Below, piece after piece: positions 1-11,800 of a stretch of DNA of 64,000 nt. The position numbers were made by a program, and so were the translations under genes. How positions within the stretch are numbered: the first letter of the stretch is position 1; every line of letters begins with the position of its first letter. The notes under the pieces were generated by a model that saw only the letters and a list, made by a program, of their open reading frames with translations, ran no database searches and was not told where the DNA came from. Source of the DNA: Octopus sinensis (taxonomy: Eukaryota); NCBI RefSeq assembly GCF_006345805.1, contig NC_043006.1, positions 5,518,001 through 5,582,000 of the forward strand, written 5' to 3'.

Positions 1-159
1 CGGCTCTGATAATAGAACGAAGTGGAACTATTATCAAGCAACAATCGTAACTAAATTGCATGATTAATTAGCTTCGTGATATTCGTTGGTTCTTGCTACA
101 AGTATAAAAATCAAAGATTATTAGATTCAGGTTATCTTTTAGAAATCAGTTTTACTCAC

Positions 160-345
160 CAATCTCCAGTTAATTCGATTGTAATATATATTTTTGTAAT
201 TGTCCATCCATACTTCCGCTAATCTTATAGCGTTTTTCATTGTTACAGCAAAACCTTTTGGCCACTTATAAGGGGTACGTGTCCGAAATATATGCCCAAC
301 ATGAGAGCACGGTATAATATCGATACGACCTCCACACATCCATGT
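160..345 (-). CDS. GALNT: GALNT coding exon 7 ([18 protein letters not shown]...RLAEVWMD); gene continues off the left edge
   Basis: Family motif; acceptor ttttttccag, donor TTG|GTGAGT; phases 0/0. Confidence 0.97.
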
Positions 346-726
346 CTGGAAAAAATAGCACCCATATAAGAACGGATGAACGTTGTAACCAAATGATGTA
401 AATAAAGTCAACCGTAGTTCTAGTTTATTTCCTAGCTTATATACCAGTGTATCCTAAAAGCTTTAAGAGTTAGCGCACAATTCTGAAACGAGTTTGTACT
501 TAAGCGAAGTAAAACATGAAAAAGTAATGTATATACGTCCATCGGTCTAAGGTAAGATTTAGCTTTTGTACACCGTTGTTTAGCATTTTCGGATGTCTAA
601 CCAGAATTTTCAGTATGTAACTGGCAGCTAACTATGATGAGGAAAGGCATTTAGAGGACTACTTTGTTTTGAGTAGCTGTATTCTGAACACGATTTATCA
701 TCATAACCTAAATAATCATAACCTAA

Positions 727-870
727 ATCATCATCATCATCCAGCATCTGTCTTCCATGCTGGCATGGATTGGATGGTTTGACAGTAGCTGGCAAGCCAG
801 AAAGCTGCACCAGGCTCCGTTGTCTGCGTCGGCATTGTTTCTACGTCCAAATACCCTTCCTAACGGCAAG
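727..870 (-). mobile_element. SINE-like repeat family E fragment with (GAT)n tail
   Basis: Shares ttccatgct.gcatgg.ttgga and cccttcctaacg motifs with 27933-28190; (CAT)n on the plus strand. Confidence 0.6.
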
Positions 871-1551
871 TTTTAAATTTAATTCTTTAAACGTTGGCAT
901 AAAATCTTTCCTAAATTTATCTAGATATAACTAGCCAAACAATACATAAAAAATTACATCGCGGAAGCTAGTAAAAATGCGAAATGAAAACCGATCCGAT
1001 CCGACCCCATGTAACTAGAAACTTCCTAACGTTATCCTAACATTATAATGCAGACATTTCCCCAACAATAACAAATACTATAAAGTATACAAGAAATATG
1101 ATATAAAAGTTAGTTAAACCTGCATGAAAAGCATCGCCAACTCCGTTGTTAGAAAGTAACAGAACCACACACGTGCGAATAAGACAAACTCTTCATTTCA
1201 GTTAACTTACAGCATTATTATGCTCTGCATTCTCAATAATAGGTTATTAACAGGAATAGACGTCTTCAGGGTCAATGTGACTCCTGCACAAATAAAGAGA
1301 AGTGATGCCGAGTATAGGTACCATATCATTTGAAATTACGATCTGTGATAAACCGGTGATCTGCCAGAAGAATATTTATCTTTTAGTTATTCCTTATGAA
1401 AATGAAGCTAAGAATGACCAATAAATGCTACTCAGAGCTAAGGTGACTTTTACGTACAATTAAAATACTACTGTGCTGGAAAAGATGTAAAGACAATTGG
1501 TCCAACTGTATCTGAATAGTAAATTTTGTTTGTTAATATTGTACTACCACA

Positions 1552-2152
1552 GGGCGGCGAGCTGGCAGAAACGTTAGCACGCCGGGCGAAATGCGTAGCC
1601 GTATTTCGTCTGCCGTTACGTTTTGAGTTCAAATTCTGCCGAGGTCTACTTTGCCTTTCATCCTTTCGGGGTCGATTAAATAAGTACCAGTTACGCACTG
1701 GGGTCGATATAATCGACTTAATCCACTTGTCTGTCCTTGTTTGTCCTCTCTGTGTTTAGCCTCTCGTGGGTAGTAAAGAAATAGGTATTTTGGCTGCCGT
1801 TACGTTCTGAGTTCAAATTCCGCCGAGGTCGACTTTGCCTTCCATCCTTTCGGGGTCGATTAAATAAATACCTATTATGCATTGGGGTCGATATAATCGA
1901 CTTAATCCGTTTGTCTGTCATTGTTTGTCCTCTCTCTTTTTAGCCTCTTGTGGGTAGTAAAGAAATAGGTATTTTGGCTGCCGTTACGTTCTGAGTACCA
2001 ATTTCGCCGAGGTCGACTTTGCCTTTCATCCTTTCGGGGTCGATTAAATAAGTACCAGTTACGCACTGTGGATCGATGTAATCGACTTAATCCTTTTGAC
2101 CGTCCTTATTTGTCCCCACTATGTTTAGCCCTCTGTGGGCAATAAAGGAATA
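1552..2152 (+). mobile_element. SINE family C trimer (one head, three 184-bp bodies)
   Basis: Head ggcggcgagctggcag; bodies start at 1601, 1785, 1969; 17-bp TSD aatattgtactaccaca. Confidence 0.9.
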
Positions 2153-2247
2153 AATATTGTACTACCACACTAATGTAATCATTGTATTATTTTATGTATA
2201 GTAATCTTAATAGTTGTCATTTTGATATCAAAGAAAGGGTATCTTAC

Positions 2248-2365
2248 CTTAAAAGATAGCTCCAGATTTTCAGAACCCCACGTTTCAAAACCTGGGTCGA
2301 AAGTACCTAATGTTTCAAAGAAATCTTTTCTCATTGACAAAAGACCACCTGCAAGTGTCGGAGTC
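2248..2365 (-). CDS. GALNT: GALNT coding exon 6 (Gal/GalNAc-T motif TPTLAGGL...[11 protein letters not shown])
   Basis: Family motif; acceptor tttgcag, donor AAG|GTAAGA; phases 2/0. Confidence 0.97.
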
Positions 2366-3046
2366 CTGCAAATATAAGAACCACCTATGTACAAAAATAT
2401 GTGATATATTTTTTTATGTTTTCCACTATAAAAAAAAAAAAAAAAAAAAAACAGTAAACATTTCAAATATTGGCATTAAAAAAAATCATTGAAGCTTTCA
2501 CGGAATTGTTGAAAACTTTATATTTCAATAGAGATGACTATTTCATCACCCTGAACAAATTATAAAGTGTGGTGACTGGATTTGTTCACCCAAACCAGAG
2601 ATAATTTCTTTCGATAATTTATATCTAATTCGTGAAAATACTTTCCTTGTAACAGCATAGCTTCATAATTCTTCACTTCTATACCATTCTTATGCATGGT
2701 TCACTACTGCTTTAAATTGAGACACTAACTATTCTAAGCTTAAACTAATTTTTGTAAAAATGTTGCTGTTGTCGTTAAAAAATATTTGCTTTCGTTTATT
2801 AGTCAGTCGACAAGGACACGTAAAAAGATTTGTGGGTTGAATAAGTAGTGGACAACATTAATGACTGGTTTTTTTTATATTTCTTCTTGACACTCGGTAG
2901 TTCCCAGCCAAAATTTCCTGCTGGGAAGTACAGTGGTCGATTGTCAGATTTATTGTGTCATCTTTTGTAAATACATTAAATAAAATTACGGAGATGTACT
3001 TGCATAGCAAGTGACCTGATCTGAGATCGTGTGCTGGAACGAAAAC

Positions 3047-3297
3047 AATTGCAGCGTGGAAGGGGTTTATAAGCCATTTAAGAAACACACAAAAAACCGT
3101 TAGATTCACTTCAACATTTGAATTTAATTTGTCAAAATATTTTCCTCGCTTTCAGACCCGACCTGTTCACTGCAGCACGGAATTTCGTCTCAAAGCGACG
3201 AAAATATTTTGACAAATTAAATTCAAATGTTGAAGTGAATCTAACGGTTTTTTGTGTGTTTTTTAAATGGCTTATAATCACCTTCCACGCTGCAATT
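3047..3297. repeat. Fold-back inverted repeat, about 110-bp arms with a 29-bp spacer (probably MITE-derived)
   Basis: 3047-3157 is the near-perfect reverse complement of 3187-3297. Confidence 0.85.
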
Positions 3298-3663
3298 ATT
3301 AAATAAACTATCATGTTGCAGAAATGTTAGACATTCTGCCTGTGTTAGATATCATTTGTGTTACTTTAGTTGTCGGTCTTGTCACTTCAAGCGTTTATCG
3401 TTGTTTTAATAATTCCTGTGTGCCACACATTCAAAGGCCATCGGTAATTAACCCAGCAGTGCACTGAGGTAATTGTCACCCAATCTTTAACCACGACTGA
3501 GTTCAAGCGCAGTTGAAGTCGATGTAGACGAAGCAAGAGAGATTGCATGCTACTTTTAAATAAGAGTTTTAAACAAAGTTAAAATATTTTAACATAACAA
3601 GTGAAACGCATATTGACTACATATATTGAATATATAGAACGTGCAAAGAGATGGTATACTCAC

Positions 3664-3877
3664 ATAATCGGGTCTAAATTTGATGTTCTGGTCTTCTTAA
3701 TTCTGTCTGGTACTACCATCCATCTAAAATTTAAAGACCAGTCAAATATGCCGAAATTGACTTGATCTCCGAGAAAGCTTGAGTACTCGAGTGTATTACT
3801 GTTGATAATATCAATGACTGGTGAAACCACAGAATGAGGCTTCTGAACAAGTCTTGCTATCTGAGGGCGCAACCAGT
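3664..3877 (-). CDS. GALNT: GALNT coding exon 5 (DWLRPQIARL...VVSPVIDII...FDWSLNFRW)
   Basis: Family motifs; acceptor tttaaag, donor AT|GTGAGT; phases 1/2. Confidence 0.95.
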
Positions 3878-4764
3878 CTTTAAACAAAGAATAAAACATA
3901 CTTTTTGAAATTTTGTGCAAAATATTTCATTTTAATACCCTCTCCTTTAGGTTATAGTTGCTTTCCTAGGTATGAATAAACTAATAATTAACTTTAGAAA
4001 TGCTAGTCGTTAGGTAATATTTACACATTTGATTACTAGTTTGTGTAATTTGTCTAATGTTACGTCTATTTCTTTTTTGTATCGTTTATTCATCTTACAA
4101 TACTACTCACTCACTCACTCAGAAAATAAACTTAAAATAATGCCAAGCACTAAAAGACAGCGTTGAAATTTATGAAGAAATCAGATATGATTTTAACTTA
4201 ACTTGGTCACGTTATTTTTTCTCTTTTAAAGAAACTCAATGGTAGCCCATCCACTAAGTGGTCGCTTAGTATGCCAAAACAGTAGGGATCATGTTGGTAT
4301 ATTCTTGGGACTATAGCTTAGCAAAGAAACATGCCAACAAATTCACCTCTGATAATTTATTTTCAAATTATTAAAAGATATTCCTTTAACAAATTTCAGA
4401 AGGGTAAAGGTGGAATATCATATTTATAGTATACACAATTAAAACATGGTGTGATTTATGCTACACTTCTTCGCTATCTTAAAACATTTTTTTCACAATA
4501 AATTACGATATACTCGTAATCTCTTCCGCCAGTAAGGTATTTGTAGAAAACTTAACTTAAAACTACCCATTTTGCTTGGAATTATGAAGAAACAAATTGA
4601 GATGTGTGGATTATTCACAACACCTGGCAACCACCTCTCCGAAAAGCTTTTCGCAACAAATACTTATACAATCGTAATCTACACCTTTTAAAACGTATTC
4701 GTAGAAAATTTCATGGAAAAATATCCATTTATCTGAAAGTTATAAGGAAATAATTTAGTATATA

Positions 4765-5172
4765 GGCGCAGGAGTGGCTGTGTGGTAAGTAGCTTGCTTA
4801 CGAACCATATGGTTCTGGGTTCAGTCCCACTGCGTGGTACCTTGGGCAAGTGTCTTCTACTTTAGCCTCGGGCCGACCAAAGCCTTGTGAGTGGATTTGG
4901 TAGGCGGAAACAGAAAGAAGCCCGTCGTATATATGTATATGTATATATGTGTGTGTGTATGTGTTTGCACCCCCACCCCAACATCGCTTGACTACCGAAG
5001 CTGGTGTGTTTACGTCCCCGTAACTTAATGGTTCGGCAAAAGAGACCGATGGAATAAGTACTAGGCTTACAAAGAATAAGTCCTGGGGTCGATTTGCTCG
5101 ACTAAAGGCGGTGCTCCAGCATGGCCACAGTCACATGACTGAAACAAGCAAAAGAGTAAAAGAGTAAAAGAG
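4765..5172 (+). mobile_element. SINE family A, full length (tRNA-like head, internal TA/TG microsatellite, (TAAAAGAG)n tail)
   Basis: Box A/B-like head ggctgtgtgg...ggttcagtcc; cttgggcaag core; over 15 copies in the window. Confidence 0.9.
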
Positions 5173-5405
5173 TATATGCTCATTGTCAGTGGGAAATAAA
5201 TTAATTGAAAGACAATTGGACAAGTTTATATTTGGTGCAATCGACTAAGTAGATTAGAGGTACCTTTCTATCTCTTCAATAACACGAAACAAAAAATTAA
5301 AGGATGTCAACAGAATTTGGCCGATGCTGGACAAATGTTTCTACTGATATGTCTCTAGTAAGCAGCGCTGCAAATATTTGGGTAACCTTTATATTTACAG
5401 ATTTA

Positions 5406-5875
5406 CAGTAATCCCACGCCATATCGCGGTTTACCTATTGCACACTCAGTACATAGCAGATTTTTCTGGCTAATATATGTAAATTTATATCGCGGACTCC
5501 TCAGTATATCGCGGGTTTCGGAAGCCGATAGGTATTTATATTTTATTTAATTATTTCTGTTGGAAAATAAGCATTTTCTCGCCTAAAAGTTGATAAATAA
5601 AAGTACAGTACAGTACTGCACATTAATTAAAATATATTAAAAGAAAATACGTAGTGTACCGTAGATGAATAAACAAAGAATCACACATACTGTATGGGAA
5701 ACGAAACTCGGGAGGCGAGTATATGTTGTTGCTTTACATTTATAATAAAATAAATATATAAAAATTATAAAAATGATAAAACTATTTTCAGTACAATACT
5801 GTTTCTACTTCGCGGATTTTCACATATCGCAGGTGGTTTTGGAACGCAACCCTTGCGATAGTCGAGGGATTACTG
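5406..5875. mobile_element. Tigger/pogo-like MITE
   Basis: TIRs CAGTAATCCC / GGGATTACTG flanked by TA; related copy at 40314-40548. Confidence 0.8.
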
Positions 5876-6350
5876 TATAAACAAATCCCATTAAAAAGGG
5901 ATATTTTGCAGCTTAAGATGACTATGTCGTGTCGTAGTGATTAGAAATAAATTTTGTAAGGGAAGTATGAAGTTGAAATTTTCAACAATAAAATTTGAAA
6001 ACCACATTTTGATAAAATTATATTAAAATCAGATTTTATAAGAATTAACTAGCGTAGACTTCGCTCTCCTTTAATAAAAGTTATATACTCCAATCTAAAT
6101 AACAGGGAGTTTTATAGGTGACGCGAACTTAAACAACACTGGTTCCACACAATAAAAAAACACAGACGCATGCATACATACGTGAGTACTTCCACACACA
6201 TATCATTATATACGGGATCTAAGGAAATTTCATTAATAAAATTCACGTAGAATATAGTCCAAGACGCCGAGTAGTGGTATAGAACCTACAGCCATTTGAT
6301 TGGGAAGTCAACTTCTTAATCATACACTCATACCTGCGCCAAGATACAAA

Positions 6351-7254
6351 CGAGGTGGTATCAAAACGTTCCCCGGACTGGTTCTGTATCGCGTCAACAG
6401 ATGGCAGCACACGGTTGCCAGCAGTGACCTTCATGGGACAGTGTGCTGAGTGACATTGCTGTGTTTACTTTGCAAGTTGTCAAATTTGTGCTTTTGTGAT
6501 CACGTATGCTGTAGTCTACGATTTTGTCGTGGACAGGAACACGGAGCCAGCGTGAAATTTTGCCTTAAACTTGGGAAGTTTGCTACAGAGACATTGAACA
6601 TGTTTCTGCAAGCTTACGGCAATGAAGTAATGGCTCGTATGCAATGTTTCGAGTGGCATGGGCACTTCAAAACCAGAAGAGCATCCTTGGAAGATGATGA
6701 GCGATCTAGAAGACCTGCCACGTGCGTCACCCCCAGAAGTGTGATATTGTGCATCGGGAATTCATCCCACAGAGCCAGACCCTTAATCAAGAGTTCTGCT
6801 GTGACGTTTAGAAGCGTTTTGAGGGAGGACATTCGGCGAAAGCGACCGCATCTGTGGAACATGAAGTGTTGGATTTTTCACGATGACAATATTCCCTGTC
6901 ACCAAGCTCTCCTCAGTCTTAAGTTTCTCGCTCAAAACAACATAGCATCTCTTCTGCACCCGCTCTATTCACTAGATTTAGCACCTGCGGATTTCCATCT
7001 CTTCATCAAGATGAAAATACTGCTCAAAGGTCGCTGTTTTAACACCGTTGTTGAGATCAAGAGCGAATCGCAGAAGGTTCTCGATTCGCTTACGGAAAAC
7101 GAGTTCCTGGCCGGATTCCAAAAATGAGAGGAACGCTGTGACCGGTGTATTGCTGTGCAGGGTAGCTATACGAGGGAGATGATGTTGAAATTTAGGTAAA
7201 TAAGTTAATTTTTATTAAACATAACTAGTCCCGAAATCTTTTGACACCACCTCC
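6351..7254 (+). mobile_element. Internally deleted mariner (Tc1/mariner) element
   Basis: Imperfect TIRs of about 30 bp (GAGGTGGT.TCAAAA); ORF 6450-7127 has an HTH-like N-terminus, WIFHDDN and HPLYSLDLAPADFHLF (degenerate YSPDLAP). Confidence 0.9.
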
Positions 7255-7257
7255 TAC

Positions 7258-7330
<73 letters not shown>

Positions 7331-7341
7331 TATGTCTGTGT

Positions 7342-7373
<32 letters not shown>

Positions 7374-7810
7374 GTGTATGTGTGTATGTGAGGTATTGTT
7401 TTGCATTTATAATAAAATAGATATATACAAATTATGAAAGGAAGCATTTTTAAGTTCTGCTTCAAGTAAATTCCCAGATATCATTGCTGCTATCCATTTA
7501 TGAGAGCAATGTCATGTGCTGGAGTTAGAAACTGAGTTAATTTAACAAGTTGGTTACTCCGTCTAATTAGTGATCATAGGTTATACAACTAATGTCAAAA
7601 TTGGTCTTCTGTGTATACTGAGACCTGCTGGATGTCTGAGTTTCTGAAGTTCTTACAATACAAATATATGGCTTTTTGTCCTGAATGGAAATCAATATTG
7701 AATATTCGACAACAATTCAATAATTATCAGTAATTTGGTCTACTCTACAATACCACCTCCGTAACAAAATTGATTTTAACTTATAGATAAACAGAAATTA
7801 TTATTGATAC

Positions 7811-7975
7811 CTGCCGCACATTCGCAGTGTGAATCCAGGAACGTAATTATTTCGCTCCTGGATTCATTTACTCCGAATAGCCTCGCTCGAATTAAACCTA
7901 GTCGTGTTGTACTTCTGATTATGCGCACTTTTGGTAGCCGTCTCATATATTCCTCCAACGGACTTTTGAGGAATT
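7811..7975 (-). CDS. GALNT: GALNT coding exon 4 (RLGLIRARL...FLDSHCEC, DxH metal-binding motif)
   Basis: DSH motif intact; acceptor ctttcag, donor G|GTATCA; phases 1/1. Confidence 0.97.
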
Positions 7976-8137
7976 CTGAAAGATAAAAACAAAAATTACA
8001 CATATAGATATTATAAAAACACTGTTAATATTCTTCTGCATTGATTCATACACACAATTCGATGTGGATTTTGAAATGCTAACACACACACGTACACTAA
8101 TAAGTAAAACACAAAACAATATAAATTTATATACATA

Positions 8138-8300
8138 GGCGCAGGAGTGGCTGTGTGTTAAGTAGCTTGCTAACCAACCACATGGTTCTGGGTTCAATCC
8201 CACTGCGTGGCATCTTGGGCAAGTGTCTTCTGCTATAGCCCCGGGCCGACCAATGCCTTGTGAGTGGATTTGGTTGACGGAAACTGAAAGAAGCCTGTCG

Positions 8301-8338
<38 letters not shown>

Positions 8339-8779
8339 ATAAATGTATGTGTGTGTGTGTTTGTGTGTCTGTGTTTGTCCCCTAGCATTGCTTGACAACC
8401 GATGCTGGTGTGTTTACGTCCCCGTCACTTAGCGGTTCGGCAAAAGTGACCGATATAATAAGTACTGGGCTTACAAAAAATAAGTCTCGGGGTCGATTTG
8501 CTCGACTAAAGGCGGTGCTCCAGCATGGCCGCAGTCAAATGACTGAAACAAGTAAAAAAGAGTAAAGAGTATATATAGGCGTAGGAGTGGCTGTGTGGTA
8601 AGTAACTTGCTCACCAACCACATAGTTCCGGGTTCAGTCCCCCCTGCGTTGCACCTTGGGCAAGTGCCTTCTGCTATAGCCTCGGGCCGACCAAAACCTT
8701 GTGAGTGGATTTGATAGACGGAAACTGAAAGAATCCCGTCATATATATATGTATGTATATATATATGTATGTATATATA

Positions 8780-8857
<78 letters not shown>

Positions 8858-9141
8858 CGTAGGAGTGGCTGTGTGGTAAGTAACATGCTCACCAACCACA
8901 TAGTTATATATATATATATATGTATCTATGTATGTCTGTGTTTGTTCCCCCAACATCACTTGACAACCGATGCTGATGTGTTTACGTCCCCGTAACTTAG
9001 CGGTTCGGCAAAAGAGACCTATAGAATAAGTACTAGGCTTACAAAGAATAAGTCCTGGGGTCGATTTGCTCGATTGGTTAAAGGCGGTGCCCCAGCATGG
9101 CAGCACAGTCAAATGACTGAAACAAATAAAACAGTAAAAGA
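8138..9141 (+). mobile_element. Two head-to-tail SINE A copies (8138-8570, 8578-9141) with an extra head fragment at 8856-8905
   Basis: Direct sequence identity to SINE A. Confidence 0.9.
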
Positions 9142-9619
9142 ATATCTTACGAAGATGCATATAATTAACAATGCATGTAATAAATAATGAATTACGCCGT
9201 TTTTTTCTCCATCATTATAATTATATGCAAATTTATAATTATATGCAAATTTATCGTCGCTGCGGGAAAAGTAAGTTAAGTGCTTACACTGCAAGTTTTA
9301 TCTTTGAGAAGACTCCAGAAAACAGAGCAACTTGTATAGTTTCAAGTGGTCATAGAGCCGTCCACTCAAATACGACTAAATTGTTACTATTTATAGTGCG
9401 TGGCGACTGCTCTCCGTTAATGGAGGTGAAATAACACACCCGGCTTGTAAGTGCTATAAAAACTAGGAACGACATGAACAAGAGTTATCTAAAGAGTTAT
9501 GTCCCTTAACCCTGTGGAGTTTTCTGAAAATGTGTGTACAGTTTAGTAGTTGTTATTCGAGTAAGGATATCGTGTGTGTAAGATTTTTTCGGTGGCGGGG
9601 AGTGTATTCGAACGCTTAA

Positions 9620-10160
9620 GCTCATGTTAGAGCGCATATGTTTGTGTGTTCGTTTACGCATTGGTTAAACTCTTTGCTGGGTTCTCAAGATTTGGCGTTG
9701 GGGAGAAAGCGAAGGTGGAGAACTGATTATAGTAATGATGGACCTGTAAGCACGGTAAAATATATCTGCTTTCGTGTGGGCAAGGACTAAAACTTTCACT
9801 TCTGCTGTTTAGATAGATGTTTGGGTGGTGTGAATTTTATGATTCTTTTCTCGGCTAAACATAATCAGCATTTTCTGTTGCAATTAAATGCTGATTACAT
9901 TTAGCCGAGAAAAGAATATTAAAAAGCTCTCAGCACCCAGATACCTACCTAAACTGCAGAAGTCAGGTTTTTAACCCTCATCCACATGAAAGCTGGTATA
10001 TTTTATCTTGCCTTCGGGCTCCATCATTACTATAATCACCAGTTCTTCCCCTCCGGCTCTTTCACCCCCGAACCCTGAGAAGCCAGCAAAGAGTTCAAAC
10101 AATGAACAGACGAACTCACAGACATATATGCCCAAACATGGGCTTGAATTTCTCTAAGAT
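9620..10160. repeat. Large degenerate fold-back palindrome, about 260-bp arms, loop 9874-9885
   Basis: Arms align as reverse complements along their length (e.g. attcttttctcggctaaa / tttagccgagaaaagaat). Confidence 0.8.
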
Positions 10161-10914
10161 ATTTTTCTTCCTTTTACGACCATACGTGCCTGGCCAGGGC
10201 TGTGGCATTTCATCTCTCCGAGATATTTAAGGAGAATTTATGGTTATTCAGTAAAGTATTGAAGGAACCTTCTGTCACTCTCGCATAATTTCGCACGTTT
10301 GGTTATCAAATTGAGCCTTTTAATATTACCTCTGCTTCATTTGGCACTGTTGCCGTGTTACAGTGGCCATTAAAGATACATTTGGTGTTACCTCTGCATA
10401 AACATACTGCTGCTGTCTCAGGCGTGGGTATACCAGCAAATATCTTTTAAAACTAGGTGCACAGCAAATTCTTAATGTGTACCTATTAAAAATTTTCCTG
10501 AACATATTCGTACGGAAAAGTAATAATTCACTTGATAAGATGTCGTTTTGAGTTAAAAGTAAAGTTTGGTTTATGTCCTTTGATCATGATAATAGCTTCT
10601 TTCTTCGATGGTGTCTCTACCCTATTCTCTATACCTCTTTGGTCTAACAGTTAATGGTTTCAGGGGCTTGAGGGGTTTCCTTCTAGTAAGTCTGTGTCAG
10701 ATTGTTGTTAAGTAGCTGTGCGCATGTATCGTTACCTACTCTATATAAATTTTTAGTCTTAGAAAAGGTAGGGTCCTATCAGAAGATTTAAGTCTGCAGA
10801 CATCTGCTAGAAGTTTACAATGGAAGAAGCTAGAAGACTAACGGAAATTTCATACAGGAATTCCGCAAGTCTTCTAACCATACTGTTATCTAAAATCTAG
10901 TTTAAGACCCAGTG

Positions 10915-11118
10915 CGAAACCGATTAGTCTCTTGCATCTTCCCTACCAACCTGACTTAGCGTTCTAAGATTTCTATCCCTTTGGTCCATTGAAAGAGACA
11001 CTGAGAGGCAAACACTGTGGTGGTGATAAAGAAGTGAAAATTGCTGAAAGGAACTGGCTAAGTCATCAGCCAGCTGAGTTTGATCTTTACGAAGCTGGGA
11101 TACATGTCCTCATTCAAA
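10915..11118 (+). mobile_element. Mariner transposase C-terminal remnant
   Basis: Conceptual translation HLPYQPDLA..DFYPFGPLKETLRGK...NWL. Confidence 0.75.
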
Positions 11119-11165
11119 CCAATAAAAAATAAAAATGAAATGCACTGGAATACGAAAATACTTAC

Positions 11166-11332
11166 GGAAAGTAGAGGCGTCATCAACTAATATGATACTT
11201 GATAGCAATTCTAATGAAGTGTGTCTAAGAACACTGTGAACGGTACGCAGCAATGTAGACCAAGCTTCGTTGTGGAAGCAAATTATTACTGTAGTGCTAG
11301 GTAGGTTACTGGGATAAGTCACTCGGTCACAT
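11166..11332 (-). CDS. GALNT: GALNT coding exon 3 (GT1 motif start, [26 protein letters not shown]...ILVDDAS)
   Basis: Hallmark GALNT motif; acceptor ttcttcag, donor C|GTAAGT; phases 2/1. Confidence 0.97.
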
Positions 11333-11440
11333 CTGAAGAAATTGAATTGTTAATGTAATGAACATGAAGAAAAAATAGAAACTGAATACGTTAAACCCTC
11401 ATATGCAAATATTCACGCTCGTGCGCGCGCATATATATAT

Positions 11441-11743
11441 TCCAAGATTCCAACATCACCATCAAAATACAGGACCAGATACTGCAACAGCTTGGGTTTC
11501 AGAGGACCACAGCCCTTTAACATCCTCCCTAAATGCCTGAGAGACTTGCATGATGTGGATGTGGGTTTCTTTAAAACTAAACTGGATCTCTTCTTGTCAG
11601 GGGTCCCAGATGAACCTACCTCACGACAGGAGACACAGTGCCACGTATCAGAGGTGGATTCACATATTAGTGTAGCTCATTCAGCGGTGGTGCCCCAGCA
11701 TGTCCGCGGCCTTCGGGCTAAAACATTTTTAAGGATTAAGGAT

Positions 11744-11744
<1 letters not shown>
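11441..11744 (+). mobile_element. CR1-group LINE 3' end fragment
   Basis: RGPQPFNILPKCLRDL...FKTKLDLFLSGVPDEP C-terminal motif; tail (TAAGGAT)n followed by (TA)n. Confidence 0.8.

Positions 11745-11799
<55 letters not shown>

Positions 11800-11800
<1 letters not shown>

Noticed and set aside
1552-2152. Regular repeats as a CRISPR-like array
   Set aside because: Contiguous 184-bp SINE bodies with no unique spacers, in a eukaryotic context with no cas genes
4765-4850. tRNA-like heads of SINE A, B and C as tRNA genes
   Set aside because: No complete cloverleaf; each continues into a SINE body with tail and TSD
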